A stretch of 64,000 nt of DNA, taken from a candidate division FCPU426 bacterium. Its GTDB lineage: Bacteria > Oederibacteriota > JAAXVQ01 > JAUVAV01. Location of the stretch: positions 288,001 to 352,000 of the forward strand of contig JBFLYH010000001.1 in the NCBI GenBank assembly GCA_040756875.1, in the 5' to 3' direction. The notes under the pieces are model-generated. The model had not been told where the DNA came from. It worked only from the letters and a program-made list of their open reading frames with translations, and did no database searches. Made by a program: the position numbers and the translations under genes. Positions 9,901 to 17,663 of the stretch are shown piece after piece; position 1 is the stretch's first letter; every line of letters begins with the position of its first letter.

Positions 9901-10106
9901 CCCTGCCCGTGGCCATCGGGCTCAACGAGGCGTCCAAGCAGCGCACCAGCATGGGCTGGGTCATCATCGGCGGGGTCATCAGCTCGACCCTGCTGACCCT
10001 GGTGGTCGTACCCGCGGCTTTGACCCTTTTTCGCGGCCGCGCGGCCGCCGGGCAGCGCGCGGCGGTTCCAGTAAAACGAAAAACCAAACGGAGCGTGACG
10101 AAATGA
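6969..10106 (+). CDS. RND efflux transporter permease (AcrB/AcrD/AcrF family)
   Basis: 1045 aa; AIRRPV, GLLVDDAIVVRENI, ATKNSILL, RLRPILMT. Confidence 0.96.
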   Translation: MSIAETAIRRPVFITCLVILMLATGLLFFSRLPVNFFPTVTMPFIRVLTLYPGAGPKEMESLVSKPVEEQVRTIAGVKRVFSFSSEGVSMLFAEFVLEADPVEAEQQMRDKVGLARAQMPKEVEDPLIQRYDYANFPVASMALQGPGTTDDLYAIAENEIKPSLEQVPQVSQVSLFGGSRREVQVRLNRDKLEAYELSVSQIAQAIGMAGQNIPLGKRTDAAHPDREWLFRSLGEFTSLDMIRNVIVKFVGNDIPVRLSEVGEVVDAHRDETSRAFVDGRQSLVVEVNRQSGANTVAVSDGVKRRMERLNRELALKHPGTRLVLIRDGAKPIRASIEDVSESIAIGIVLCVVVVFFFLGNLRSTLITGVALPNSLIGAFILIAAAGFSVNVLTLLALSLAVGLLVDDAIVVRENIFRHIEQGEPPAQAAVQGTHEVMLAVIATTLAIMSVFGPIAFVGGITGKFLREFGLTVCFIMLISLFDALTMGPMLSAKFAGVGESRFWLVRGWSSLIRPVVGGFGRFQAWLAEVYGRLAAWTIRRPVLVLLASTVIFVASSSTIVWLPKTFMPTPDTGEFQLRLEMPPGTNLAAMEREALAVDALLRRQPEVLHTFLVAGREQGDPSRSSIYVRLIPSNQRKLTSSAFKDRIRKDLAAFKHVQIQINDYDELFGGQRPFSLNLMGNDGAQLEKTAKQVLEIVKRHPGFVEADWSHRPGKPEMRLVYDERLTKRLGVSTLMAGAEVRAQIEGVTPAKFRDAGEEYDIRVRLRDPDRDLQRDFGQTLVPNLNYRLVNLSQVARLVPEQGPATISRQNSQRLIEVNSDINPAYGVGDLMDYFKKEVADKGLLPPGVTYAYDSQGEQFEEMSKNMSLAAALAVLFIYLVLASLYESFVTPFSLLLPLPLAVCGALVALWIGGQSLNIYSIIAIIMLLGIATKNSILLIDYTNQLVAQGLALAEALVVAGKRRLRPILMTSMTLVAGTLPVAIGLNEASKQRTSMGWVIIGGVISSTLLTLVVVPAALTLFRGRAAAGQRAAVPVKRKTKRSVTK

Positions 10107-10660
10107 AAGTGACCGGAACGGGTTGGCTGATCCAGTGGCAATACTATCAGGAAAAATATTCCCCTGCGGATCTGGAACGGGTCAAGGCCGCCCTGGCTCC
10201 GGCTGACCAGCAGGAACTGTTCGGGCGCGCCGTCCTGCCGGTCTCGTGGGTCGACCTGGGCGCGATCATGAGTTTCATGCTGGCGGCGGACCGGCTGCTG
10301 GCCAAAGGCGACAAGGGACTGATCGGCGATGTAATGCGATACAAGGCGCAGAAGGAGTTTACGGGCATTTACCGGTTTTTCCTGTCTCTGGCCTCACCCA
10401 AGACTATCATGCGCAGGGCTTCGGTCATCTGGAAAAAAATGTATTCGGAAGGGGAAGCGGTGGTGCTAAACGAGACCAAGACCAGTATTGATATCAAGGT
10501 GACGGAATTGAAGACCCAGCCGCCGTACCATGACCTGTCGGTGGTGGCCTATGCCGAGGAAGTGATGCGCATCGCCGGCTGGCAGAACCCCCGCGGGGAG
10601 ATCAAGAAATCGCCCCGCCTGGGGCACGATCACATGCTCATTCACTATACCTGGGATTGA
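10103..10660 (+). CDS. Hypothetical protein resembling DUF2378/TIGR02265 (H-NOX/V4R-like fold)
   Basis: ATGA overlap with the RND stop; MKVTG start, VLPVSWVD, GIYRFFLSLASPKTIMRRASVIWKKMYSEG, ends YTW. Confidence 0.6.
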   Translation: MKVTGTGWLIQWQYYQEKYSPADLERVKAALAPADQQELFGRAVLPVSWVDLGAIMSFMLAADRLLAKGDKGLIGDVMRYKAQKEFTGIYRFFLSLASPKTIMRRASVIWKKMYSEGEAVVLNETKTSIDIKVTELKTQPPYHDLSVVAYAEEVMRIAGWQNPRGEIKKSPRLGHDHMLIHYTWD

Positions 10661-11306
10661 CAGGAGGCAGGGCTGCAAGCACGCCTGCCCCGGTCACCCC
10701 GCCGATCACCAAGCCAGCCGCGAGGCTGGCGCTCAGGAGCGACGCCCCGGTTTCCCAAACCGACATCTGCTCCAGAGGCAGGGCAGTTTCGAGCGACAGG
10801 ACGACCAGACCCAGGCACCAGCCCAGGGCATTGGCGGGAATCCACAGTCCCGCATGCGCGCTGTGGCGCTTCAATTCCAGCCATTGCACGCCGCCGAAGA
10901 CGCCCCCGAAAACCAGGCCGATCAAACCGCTCCACAATATCAGGAGCGCGTGGGGGTGGGGCGTTTGCAATGCCAGTCCGGCGGCCAGGGAGACGGTTGG
11001 GAGGGTTCCCAGGAGCCAAGCCAAGCTGGCGGCCAGCACCGTGGCCCACAACCAATTCCGGAGTTGAAGTTGGGGCAGCAGGCGCCGCCATCCTTGCCAT
11101 TGAAACCAGCCCAGAACGAAGCCTTCGGCCACGCCCAGCAGCATCATGATAACCACTTCGGCGATCCGCGCCAGCACGCTGCCGCCGGGTTCCAATTCCC
11201 GGATGATCAGCCAGCCCGGCCAGGCGACCGCCAACAGACCGCAAAACTCCCCAGCCGCGCAGTAACAAGTCCAGCGCAGCCATGAATTGAATTTAGTCTC
11301 TGGCAT
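10638..11306 (-). CDS. Hypothetical multi-pass membrane protein
   Basis: GGAGGTG RBS before ATG 11306; about 6 hydrophobic segments; internal duplication (G..QW..(W/L)(R/K)R...W..A..L.W..G); 23-nt convergent overlap with the previous gene. Confidence 0.75.
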   Translation of the reverse strand: MPETKFNSWLRWTCYCAAGEFCGLLAVAWPGWLIIRELEPGGSVLARIAEVVIMMLLGVAEGFVLGWFQWQGWRRLLPQLQLRNWLWATVLAASLAWLLGTLPTVSLAAGLALQTPHPHALLILWSGLIGLVFGGVFGGVQWLELKRHSAHAGLWIPANALGWCLGLVVLSLETALPLEQMSVWETGASLLSASLAAGLVIGGVTGAGVLAALPPVNPRYSE

Positions 11307-11417
11307 ATTGCACCTCCGGTCAGATATATTGCCAGGCTGGCCAGGAAAAATCAAGCTGCGCCTGGGAGCTGGCCAGAAAAGGTTGACTTAGGCCTAATTC
11401 CGGGTTAAATCAAGTAA

Positions 11418-11545
11418 GCTTAGATCCCTTTGCAGGAATCCCCGGGATTCCGCTCCCAAAGAGACCGTTGGCCTGGGAGAGGATTTGCGGGACTGTTTTG
11501 CGGAGGGAGAAAGCCCGGCTATAAGTATCCAAAGGGAATTTAAGT
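11418..11545 (+). promoter_or_regulatory. Candidate structured 5' leader RNA upstream of the P-type ATPase
   Basis: Long-range stem 11418-11432 with 11530-11545 encloses hairpins GGAATCC/GGATTCC and CTCCCA/TGGGAG; TTGACT -35-like box just upstream. Confidence 0.4.
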
Positions 11546-11581
11546 CCAAGGGGCACGCCACTTTTCAAAGGAGGAAGGTAT

Positions 11582-14338
11582 ATGGAATCCTTACTCAACC
11601 GGCATTGGCACCATCTACCGGCCGAAGAAATCATCCAATTACTGAAGTCCTCGCCCTCCCGTGGTTTATCCGCTTTCGAGGTCAAACACCGCCAAACGCA
11701 TTTCGGGCCCAATGCCATCACGGCCCAGAAAGCCATGAGTCCCTTCAAACGATTCTTGCTGCAGTTTCACAACCCGCTGATTTATATCCTGCTCGCTTCG
11801 GCCCTGGTCACCGCGCTGCTGGCCGAGTGGGTGGATTTTTCCGTCATTTTCGGCGTGGTGCTGATCAATGCCGTCGTCGGCTATTTGCAGGAAGCCAAGG
11901 CCGAGCATTCCCTGGAATCCTTGCGAAAGTCCGTGACCACTATCGCCACGGTCACGCGGGATGGGGAGCAAATCAAAGTGCCTTCCATGGAATTGGTCCC
12001 CGGCGATCTGGTTTGGCTGGAATCCGGGGATAAAGTCCCGGCTGACCTGCGCCTGCTTAAAACCCGGGAGTTGCGCGTCGATGAGTCTCCGCTGACCGGC
12101 GAATCGCTGCCTGTGGAGAAAGCGCCGGTGTCCCTCCCGCAAGACACCGTGCTGGCGGACCGCGCCAACATGGCCTACTCCGGCACCCTGGTGGCCACGG
12201 GGCGCGGCCACGGCCTGGTGGTCAGCATCGGTGACAACACGGAAACCGGCCGCATCTCCGGGTTGATCGCCGCGGCGGTCAACCTGCAAACGCCGCTGAC
12301 GAAAAAGATCGCTAAATTCAGCCGCACCCTGCTGTGGGTCATTCTGGCGTTGGGCGTCCTCACCTTTGCCGTGGGTTTGTTCCGGCACCAGCCGGTGTTC
12401 GATATGTTCATGGCCACGGTCGCTTTAGTGGTGGGCGCCATTCCCGAAGGGCTGCCGGCCGCAGTCACCATCGTGCTAGCGATCGGTGTGAACCGCATGG
12501 CCAAGCGCAAGGCCATTATCCGCAAACTACCGGCCGTGGAAACCCTGGGCAGCACCACGGTGATCTGTTCGGATAAGACCGGCACCCTGACCGAGAACCA
12601 GATGACCGTGCAGGAAATCATGGCTGGCGGCCGGGTATACGAGGTCAGCGGCAGCGGCTACGCGCCTGCGGGCGAGGTGGCGCTTAAAGGGGGCAGCGGC
12701 GCGGTGGACCTGACCCGGCATCCGGCGCTCAAGGAATGTCTGCTGGCCGGCCTGCTATGCAACGATTCCAAGCTCCGGCAGGAGAATGGCGCATGGAAGG
12801 TCCAGGGCGACCCTACGGAAGCCGCGCTGCTGGTATCGGCGAGCAAAGCCGGTCTCGATCCCGAAACCGTCAGGGCCGGCCTGCCGCGCCTGGACGCCAT
12901 ACCCTTTGAATCTGACCGGCAATACATGGCCACGCTGCATGACACCGGGCCGAACCACCCCAATCCGGTCTACGTGAAAGGATCCGTGGAAAAAATCCTA
13001 CAACGTTCGGTGGCCATGCTGGGTCCGGACGGTTCGCCGCGGCCGCTCGACCACGCGCAGGTGCTGGAAGCCGCTGAAAACATGGCCAGGAACGGCTGGC
13101 GAGTGCTCGCCATGGCCAGCAAGCAAATGGGTCATTTACACAGTACGCTCGAGTGTTCCGAGGAATCCGGCCATACGCCCGGGAAGATGACCTGCGGCGA
13201 TGTCGCCTCCGAGCTGACCTTTGTGGGCCTCCAAGGCATGATCGATCCGCCCCGCGCTGAAGCCGTACGAGCCGTGGCCGCCTGCGCCCAGGCGGGGATC
13301 CAGGTCAAGATGATCACCGGTGACCATGCGGCCACAGCCACGGCGATTGCCGCCCAACTGGGCCTCAAAGGACCGGAGGCGGCGCTCTTGGCCATTACCG
13401 GCCAGGCCCTGGAAGGTTTATCGGACAAGGAATTGGTGGAAACTGCGCGTAGAACGTCGGTCTTCGCGCGGGTTGCGCCCGAGCAGAAACTGAAACTGGT
13501 GGAGGCGCTGCAATCCCTGGGACACGTGGTGGCCATGACCGGAGACGGTGTGAACGACGCGCCGGCCCTCAAGCAGGCGGACATCGGCGTAGCTATGGGC
13601 TTGGGCGGAACCGAAGTGGCCAAAGAAGCGGCGGACATGGTACTGACCGACGATAATTTCGCTACCATTGAAGCTGCGGTGGAAGAGGGGCGGGGAGTGT
13701 TCGACAACTTGACCAAGTTCATCGTCTGGACCCTACCCACCAACTTGGGCGAGGGCCTGGTCATTTTAGCTGCCATTTTGTTCGGCACCGCCCTGCCGAT
13801 CTTGCCGGTGCAGATCCTGTGGGTGAATATGACCACGGCCCTGCTGCTGGGTTTGATGCTGGCCTTCGAACCCAAGGAACCGGGGCTTATGTTGAGGCCG
13901 CCGCGTGAAACCAACCAACCGATCCTGACCCGGGTCCTGATCTTCCGGATTTTACTTGTAGCCGGCGTCATGCTGCTGGGCGGGTTCGCTCTGTTTAAGG
14001 CGGAGCTGATAGCCGGCGGTACGCTGGACCAGGCGCGCACCGTAGCGGTGAATATTTTCGTTATGGTGGAAACGTTTTACCTTTTCAACTGCCGATCATT
14101 GGACAAATCCATGTTCCGCCTGGGTGTGTTTTCGAATCCGCTGCTTTTGGCCGGTGTAGGAATCATGGCGTTGCTGCAGATGCTTTTCACCTATTGGTCG
14201 CCCCTGCAGACGGCCTTTTCCACTTCCGCGATCGGCATAAGAGAATGGGGCTGGATCCTCGCTTTTGCGTTGGCTGCCTATCTGATGGTCGGGCTGGAGA
14301 AGTGGCTGCGTTTCCGGCGTCGGTCGACAGCCCGCTGA
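11582..14338 (+). CDS. Cation-transporting P-type ATPase (type IIA, Ca2+/monovalent-cation-like)
   Basis: TGES, IPEGLP, CSDKTGTLT, KGSVE, MITGDH, MTGDGVNDAPALK; 918 aa. Confidence 0.97.
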   Translation: MESLLNRHWHHLPAEEIIQLLKSSPSRGLSAFEVKHRQTHFGPNAITAQKAMSPFKRFLLQFHNPLIYILLASALVTALLAEWVDFSVIFGVVLINAVVGYLQEAKAEHSLESLRKSVTTIATVTRDGEQIKVPSMELVPGDLVWLESGDKVPADLRLLKTRELRVDESPLTGESLPVEKAPVSLPQDTVLADRANMAYSGTLVATGRGHGLVVSIGDNTETGRISGLIAAAVNLQTPLTKKIAKFSRTLLWVILALGVLTFAVGLFRHQPVFDMFMATVALVVGAIPEGLPAAVTIVLAIGVNRMAKRKAIIRKLPAVETLGSTTVICSDKTGTLTENQMTVQEIMAGGRVYEVSGSGYAPAGEVALKGGSGAVDLTRHPALKECLLAGLLCNDSKLRQENGAWKVQGDPTEAALLVSASKAGLDPETVRAGLPRLDAIPFESDRQYMATLHDTGPNHPNPVYVKGSVEKILQRSVAMLGPDGSPRPLDHAQVLEAAENMARNGWRVLAMASKQMGHLHSTLECSEESGHTPGKMTCGDVASELTFVGLQGMIDPPRAEAVRAVAACAQAGIQVKMITGDHAATATAIAAQLGLKGPEAALLAITGQALEGLSDKELVETARRTSVFARVAPEQKLKLVEALQSLGHVVAMTGDGVNDAPALKQADIGVAMGLGGTEVAKEAADMVLTDDNFATIEAAVEEGRGVFDNLTKFIVWTLPTNLGEGLVILAAILFGTALPILPVQILWVNMTTALLLGLMLAFEPKEPGLMLRPPRETNQPILTRVLIFRILLVAGVMLLGGFALFKAELIAGGTLDQARTVAVNIFVMVETFYLFNCRSLDKSMFRLGVFSNPLLLAGVGIMALLQMLFTYWSPLQTAFSTSAIGIREWGWILAFALAAYLMVGLEKWLRFRRRSTAR

Positions 14339-15666
14339 TGTCTTCCGCTGCCGCCTCTTCTCCGCGGGGCTTTCCCCCGGAGTTCGTATGGGGAACCGCC
14401 ACTTCGGCTTTTCAGATCGAAGGCTCGCCCGCGGCGGACGGCAAGGGGCCTTCCATCTGGGACGAATTCTGCCGCCGGCCCGGCGCGATCCGGGACCGGA
14501 CGAACGCGGATGCCGCCTGCGACCACTACCGCCGCATGCCGGAGGACGTGGACCTGCTGGCTTCTTTAGGCGTGAAGGCTTACCGGTTTTCCATTTCCTG
14601 GCCACGCTTGTTTCCTGAAGGCAGGGGAACGCTTAATTCCGCGGGACTGGATTTTTACCGCCGCTTGACGGACGCGCTGCTCAGCCGGGGAATCGAACCC
14701 TGGGCCACGCTGTATCATTGGGACCTGCCGGCCGCGCTGGAACGCGAGGGCGGATGGGGCAAGCGCCGGACCGCGGAATATTTTGCCGAATACGCCCACG
14801 CCGCGGCCAGGGCCCTGGGAGACCGCGTCCGGTACTGGATGCCTGTCAACGAACCCGGCGTGGTCATGGCCTTGGGTTACGTCCTCGGCGGCCATGCCCC
14901 GGGCCGGCGTTCGCCTGTCCTGGCTTTGAAAGTCATGCACCATTTGTTGCTCGCCCACGGCCTGGCTACGCAGGCGGTCCGCGCCGCGGCGCCTTCGGTG
15001 CGCGTCGGCCCGGTCATCAACTTCAGCCCAGTGTACGACCGGACCGGCCGCCGGTTCGTCAGCCGCGGCTGGCGGCACGCGCTGGCCAACCGCCTGTTTC
15101 TCGACCCCGTGGGCCGGGGCCGCTATCCGCTCGGCTTGGGCATCCCGCTGCGGGCCATGGGCTGCTGCCGGCCGGGCGACATGCAGGTCATCGCCCAACC
15201 GCTGGATTTCATCGGCGTCAATTACTACTCGCGGCAGCAGGGGTGGGGCCGCCGGCCCGGCCCCCGGACCGCCATGGGCTGGGAAATATTTCCGCAGGGC
15301 CTGTACGACCTTCTCTGCTGGCTGCACCAGGCCCTTCCGGCCTTGCCCTTGGTGGTGACTGAAAACGGCGCCGCTTTTGACGACCAGGTGGAGAACAGTG
15401 CGGTTCACGACCCGGAGCGCCGGGAATACCTGCGGGCCCATCTGCAATCCGTGCGGCAGGCGCTGGACCGGGGCGTTCCGGTGCAGGGATACTTCTGCTG
15501 GTCTTTTTTAGACAACTTCGAGTGGGCCGAGGGCCTGAGCCGGCGCTTCGGGCTGGTGTACGTGGATTACGCGGATCAGCGGCGGATCGTCAAGGACAGC
15601 GGACGCTGGTTCGGCCGGGTCTGCCGGGAAGGGCTCATTCCGGACGAAAGTGGGGAACCCGCGTGA
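14338..15666 (+). CDS. Glycoside hydrolase family 1 beta-glucosidase
   Basis: FVWGTATSAFQIEG, YRFSISWPR, TLYHWDLP, catalytic NEP and TENG, WSFLDNFEWAEG; TGATG coupling to the ATPase. Confidence 0.96.
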   Translation: MSSAAASSPRGFPPEFVWGTATSAFQIEGSPAADGKGPSIWDEFCRRPGAIRDRTNADAACDHYRRMPEDVDLLASLGVKAYRFSISWPRLFPEGRGTLNSAGLDFYRRLTDALLSRGIEPWATLYHWDLPAALEREGGWGKRRTAEYFAEYAHAAARALGDRVRYWMPVNEPGVVMALGYVLGGHAPGRRSPVLALKVMHHLLLAHGLATQAVRAAAPSVRVGPVINFSPVYDRTGRRFVSRGWRHALANRLFLDPVGRGRYPLGLGIPLRAMGCCRPGDMQVIAQPLDFIGVNYYSRQQGWGRRPGPRTAMGWEIFPQGLYDLLCWLHQALPALPLVVTENGAAFDDQVENSAVHDPERREYLRAHLQSVRQALDRGVPVQGYFCWSFLDNFEWAEGLSRRFGLVYVDYADQRRIVKDSGRWFGRVCREGLIPDESGEPA

Positions 15667-16766
15667 GCATCGCCGTCATCATCGCCGTTTATCTGCACCC
15701 CCGCCGCGTCGCGGACATGATCCGGGCCCTGCTGCGGGACGCCTACCCGGACAAGGAAATCATCGCGGCCGTGGACGGCGAGTCCACGCCGGAGATCGAA
15801 GCCAGCCTCGCAGCCTTTGCCGGCCAGATCACCGTGCTTTACAACCACGAACACCTGGGAAAAGCCGCCACGCTCAACCGGGTGGCAGCGGCGGCGAAGT
15901 CGGACGTGCTGCTGTTTTTGGACAACGACGTGTTGCTGGGGGACAATCCGGGGTTTTTAAGCAAGCTGGCAGGGGACATGGAAAAGTTCGACCTGGCGGA
16001 AATTCCCAAGGAGGCGCGGGCGACCTCCTGGATTTCGGCCATGATGGAATTCGAATTTTTGGATTACGCCATCGTCACCTGGCTCTTTTCGCACCTGACC
16101 GGGCACTGCCCGGCCATGAACGGCGCGGCCTTTGCCGTGCGGCGGGAGTGGTTCAGCCGCCTCCAGGGATTCAGGCCGGTGGTGAACGAGGACATGGATT
16201 TCGCGGCCCGGGCCTTTCGGCTGCACGCCCGCTTCGGGTTCAATCCCCGCTTGAAGGTCGGCAACGAGGTCCCGACCGAGATCAACGGCTGGCTGAGGCA
16301 GCGCAAACGCTGGGCGCTGAACAACATCCTGTGGCTGCAGGAAAATTTCATCAATCTGCTGACGCGCAGCCTGCGTTCCCCCCGCCTGCTGCTGCCCTTG
16401 CTGGCGTTTTTCGCCCCGTTTTTCGCGATCATGCTCGCGTTTGTGGTTTTCCGCAGCGCGCACCTGACCGTGTTGCTGCCCAGCTTGTTCATGCTGTCCC
16501 AGCATTTTCACGGTTTGGCGGGTATTTTTCTCGGCGTCACCCACTATCACCTCATCATCGCCGACGGCCTGCTGCCCACGGCCCTGGCCCTGGCACTGTC
16601 CTGGGCGTTTCACTTTGCATTCGCGCGCATCCTGAAATATCCCTTCAAACCCCTGTTATTTCTGGTGTATTACTTCCTGTATGCGCCGGTGTGGATGCTG
16701 GCCAACCTGGTCATCTGGGCCCAGCTTGTTTTGCACGGCCGGGTGCAAACGGAGTGGAAGGTTTAA
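15663..16766 (+). CDS. GT2 family glycosyltransferase with C-terminal TM helices
   Basis: GTG start overlapping the GH1 stop; VDG, GKA, FLDND, NED, QRKRW motifs. Confidence 0.9.
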   Translation: MSIAVIIAVYLHPRRVADMIRALLRDAYPDKEIIAAVDGESTPEIEASLAAFAGQITVLYNHEHLGKAATLNRVAAAAKSDVLLFLDNDVLLGDNPGFLSKLAGDMEKFDLAEIPKEARATSWISAMMEFEFLDYAIVTWLFSHLTGHCPAMNGAAFAVRREWFSRLQGFRPVVNEDMDFAARAFRLHARFGFNPRLKVGNEVPTEINGWLRQRKRWALNNILWLQENFINLLTRSLRSPRLLLPLLAFFAPFFAIMLAFVVFRSAHLTVLLPSLFMLSQHFHGLAGIFLGVTHYHLIIADGLLPTALALALSWAFHFAFARILKYPFKPLLFLVYYFLYAPVWMLANLVIWAQLVLHGRVQTEWKV

Positions 16767-17578
16767 CCGGAACAACGCCGGTGGGCGCGCGAGAAAACGT
16801 GGATCTGGGACGGGGTGAAGCGGCCGCCCCGGAACACCCGGGTTTCGATCAGAAAGTGCTTGGCTTTAAGGCGGATCACGTTGTATGAATGCGGCCGGCT
16901 GAAGGTGCGGCGGGAAATCGCGGTGCCGGCCTGGGCCATGACCATGGGTCGCTCCAGCCAGGGGTAAAATTCCTGCAAATTATCCACCAGCAAACGATGG
17001 GTATGTCCGACCAGCACCAGGTCCACCCGGCAGCCGGACAGTATTTCCACGGCGGCTTTGCGGTGAAAGACCAGGTCGCGTGGGAAATGGCGGGGGTGGG
17101 GCATGAAGGGGTGGTGCGACATGAAGATGCGGAACCGTTGGTCGCTGCGCCCGCAAAAAAACTTCTGCATCTGTTCCAGCTGCCGCTCGGAGAGCTGGCC
17201 GCGGCGCCAGCGGAACCGCCGCGTGGAATTCAGTCCCAGCACCAGCATCTCCTTGTCCTTGAAGTCCGATTCAGCATCCTTGGGGAAATAGGAGTGATAG
17301 GCGGCCAGGGGATTAATGAAACGGCGGTAAAGGTTGAACAGGGGCACGTCGTGGTTGCCCGGCACCACTAGCTTGGGCGCGGGAAAGCGGTTGAGGAATT
17401 CGGCCGCGCGCGCAAACTGGCTCTTGCGGGCGCGCTGGGTCAGGTCGCCGCTGACCAGCAGCAGGTCGGGCTTGACCCGCAGCAGGTCATGGGCCAGGGC
17501 CTCGACCACCTCCGGCACTTCCGTGCCAAAATGAAGATCGGATAAATGGGCGATACGTCGCATAAGCGTCGGGTTCAT
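16763..17578 (-). CDS. Calcineurin-like metallophosphoesterase (CpdA/Icc-like); start 17578 or 17563
   Basis: HLSDLHFG, SGDLT, VPGNHD, SHHP, GHTH. Confidence 0.9.
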   Translation of the reverse strand: MNPTLMRRIAHLSDLHFGTEVPEVVEALAHDLLRVKPDLLLVSGDLTQRARKSQFARAAEFLNRFPAPKLVVPGNHDVPLFNLYRRFINPLAAYHSYFPKDAESDFKDKEMLVLGLNSTRRFRWRRGQLSERQLEQMQKFFCGRSDQRFRIFMSHHPFMPHPRHFPRDLVFHRKAAVEILSGCRVDLVLVGHTHRLLVDNLQEFYPWLERPMVMAQAGTAISRRTFSRPHSYNVIRLKAKHFLIETRVFRGGRFTPSQIHVFSRAHRRCSG

Positions 17579-17663
17579 TATACGTCCGTCCGGGCCGGAG
17601 CGCAATGCCGGGAACAAGAAGGGAATTGGTTTTTCCCCGGCGTCACGATACAATATTATTATC

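Noticed and set aside
11418-11545. Assigning the ATPase leader to yybP-ykoY or M-box
   Set aside because: Only a GAGACC fragment resembles yybP-ykoY; the GGGGAGUAGC and M-box cores are absent.
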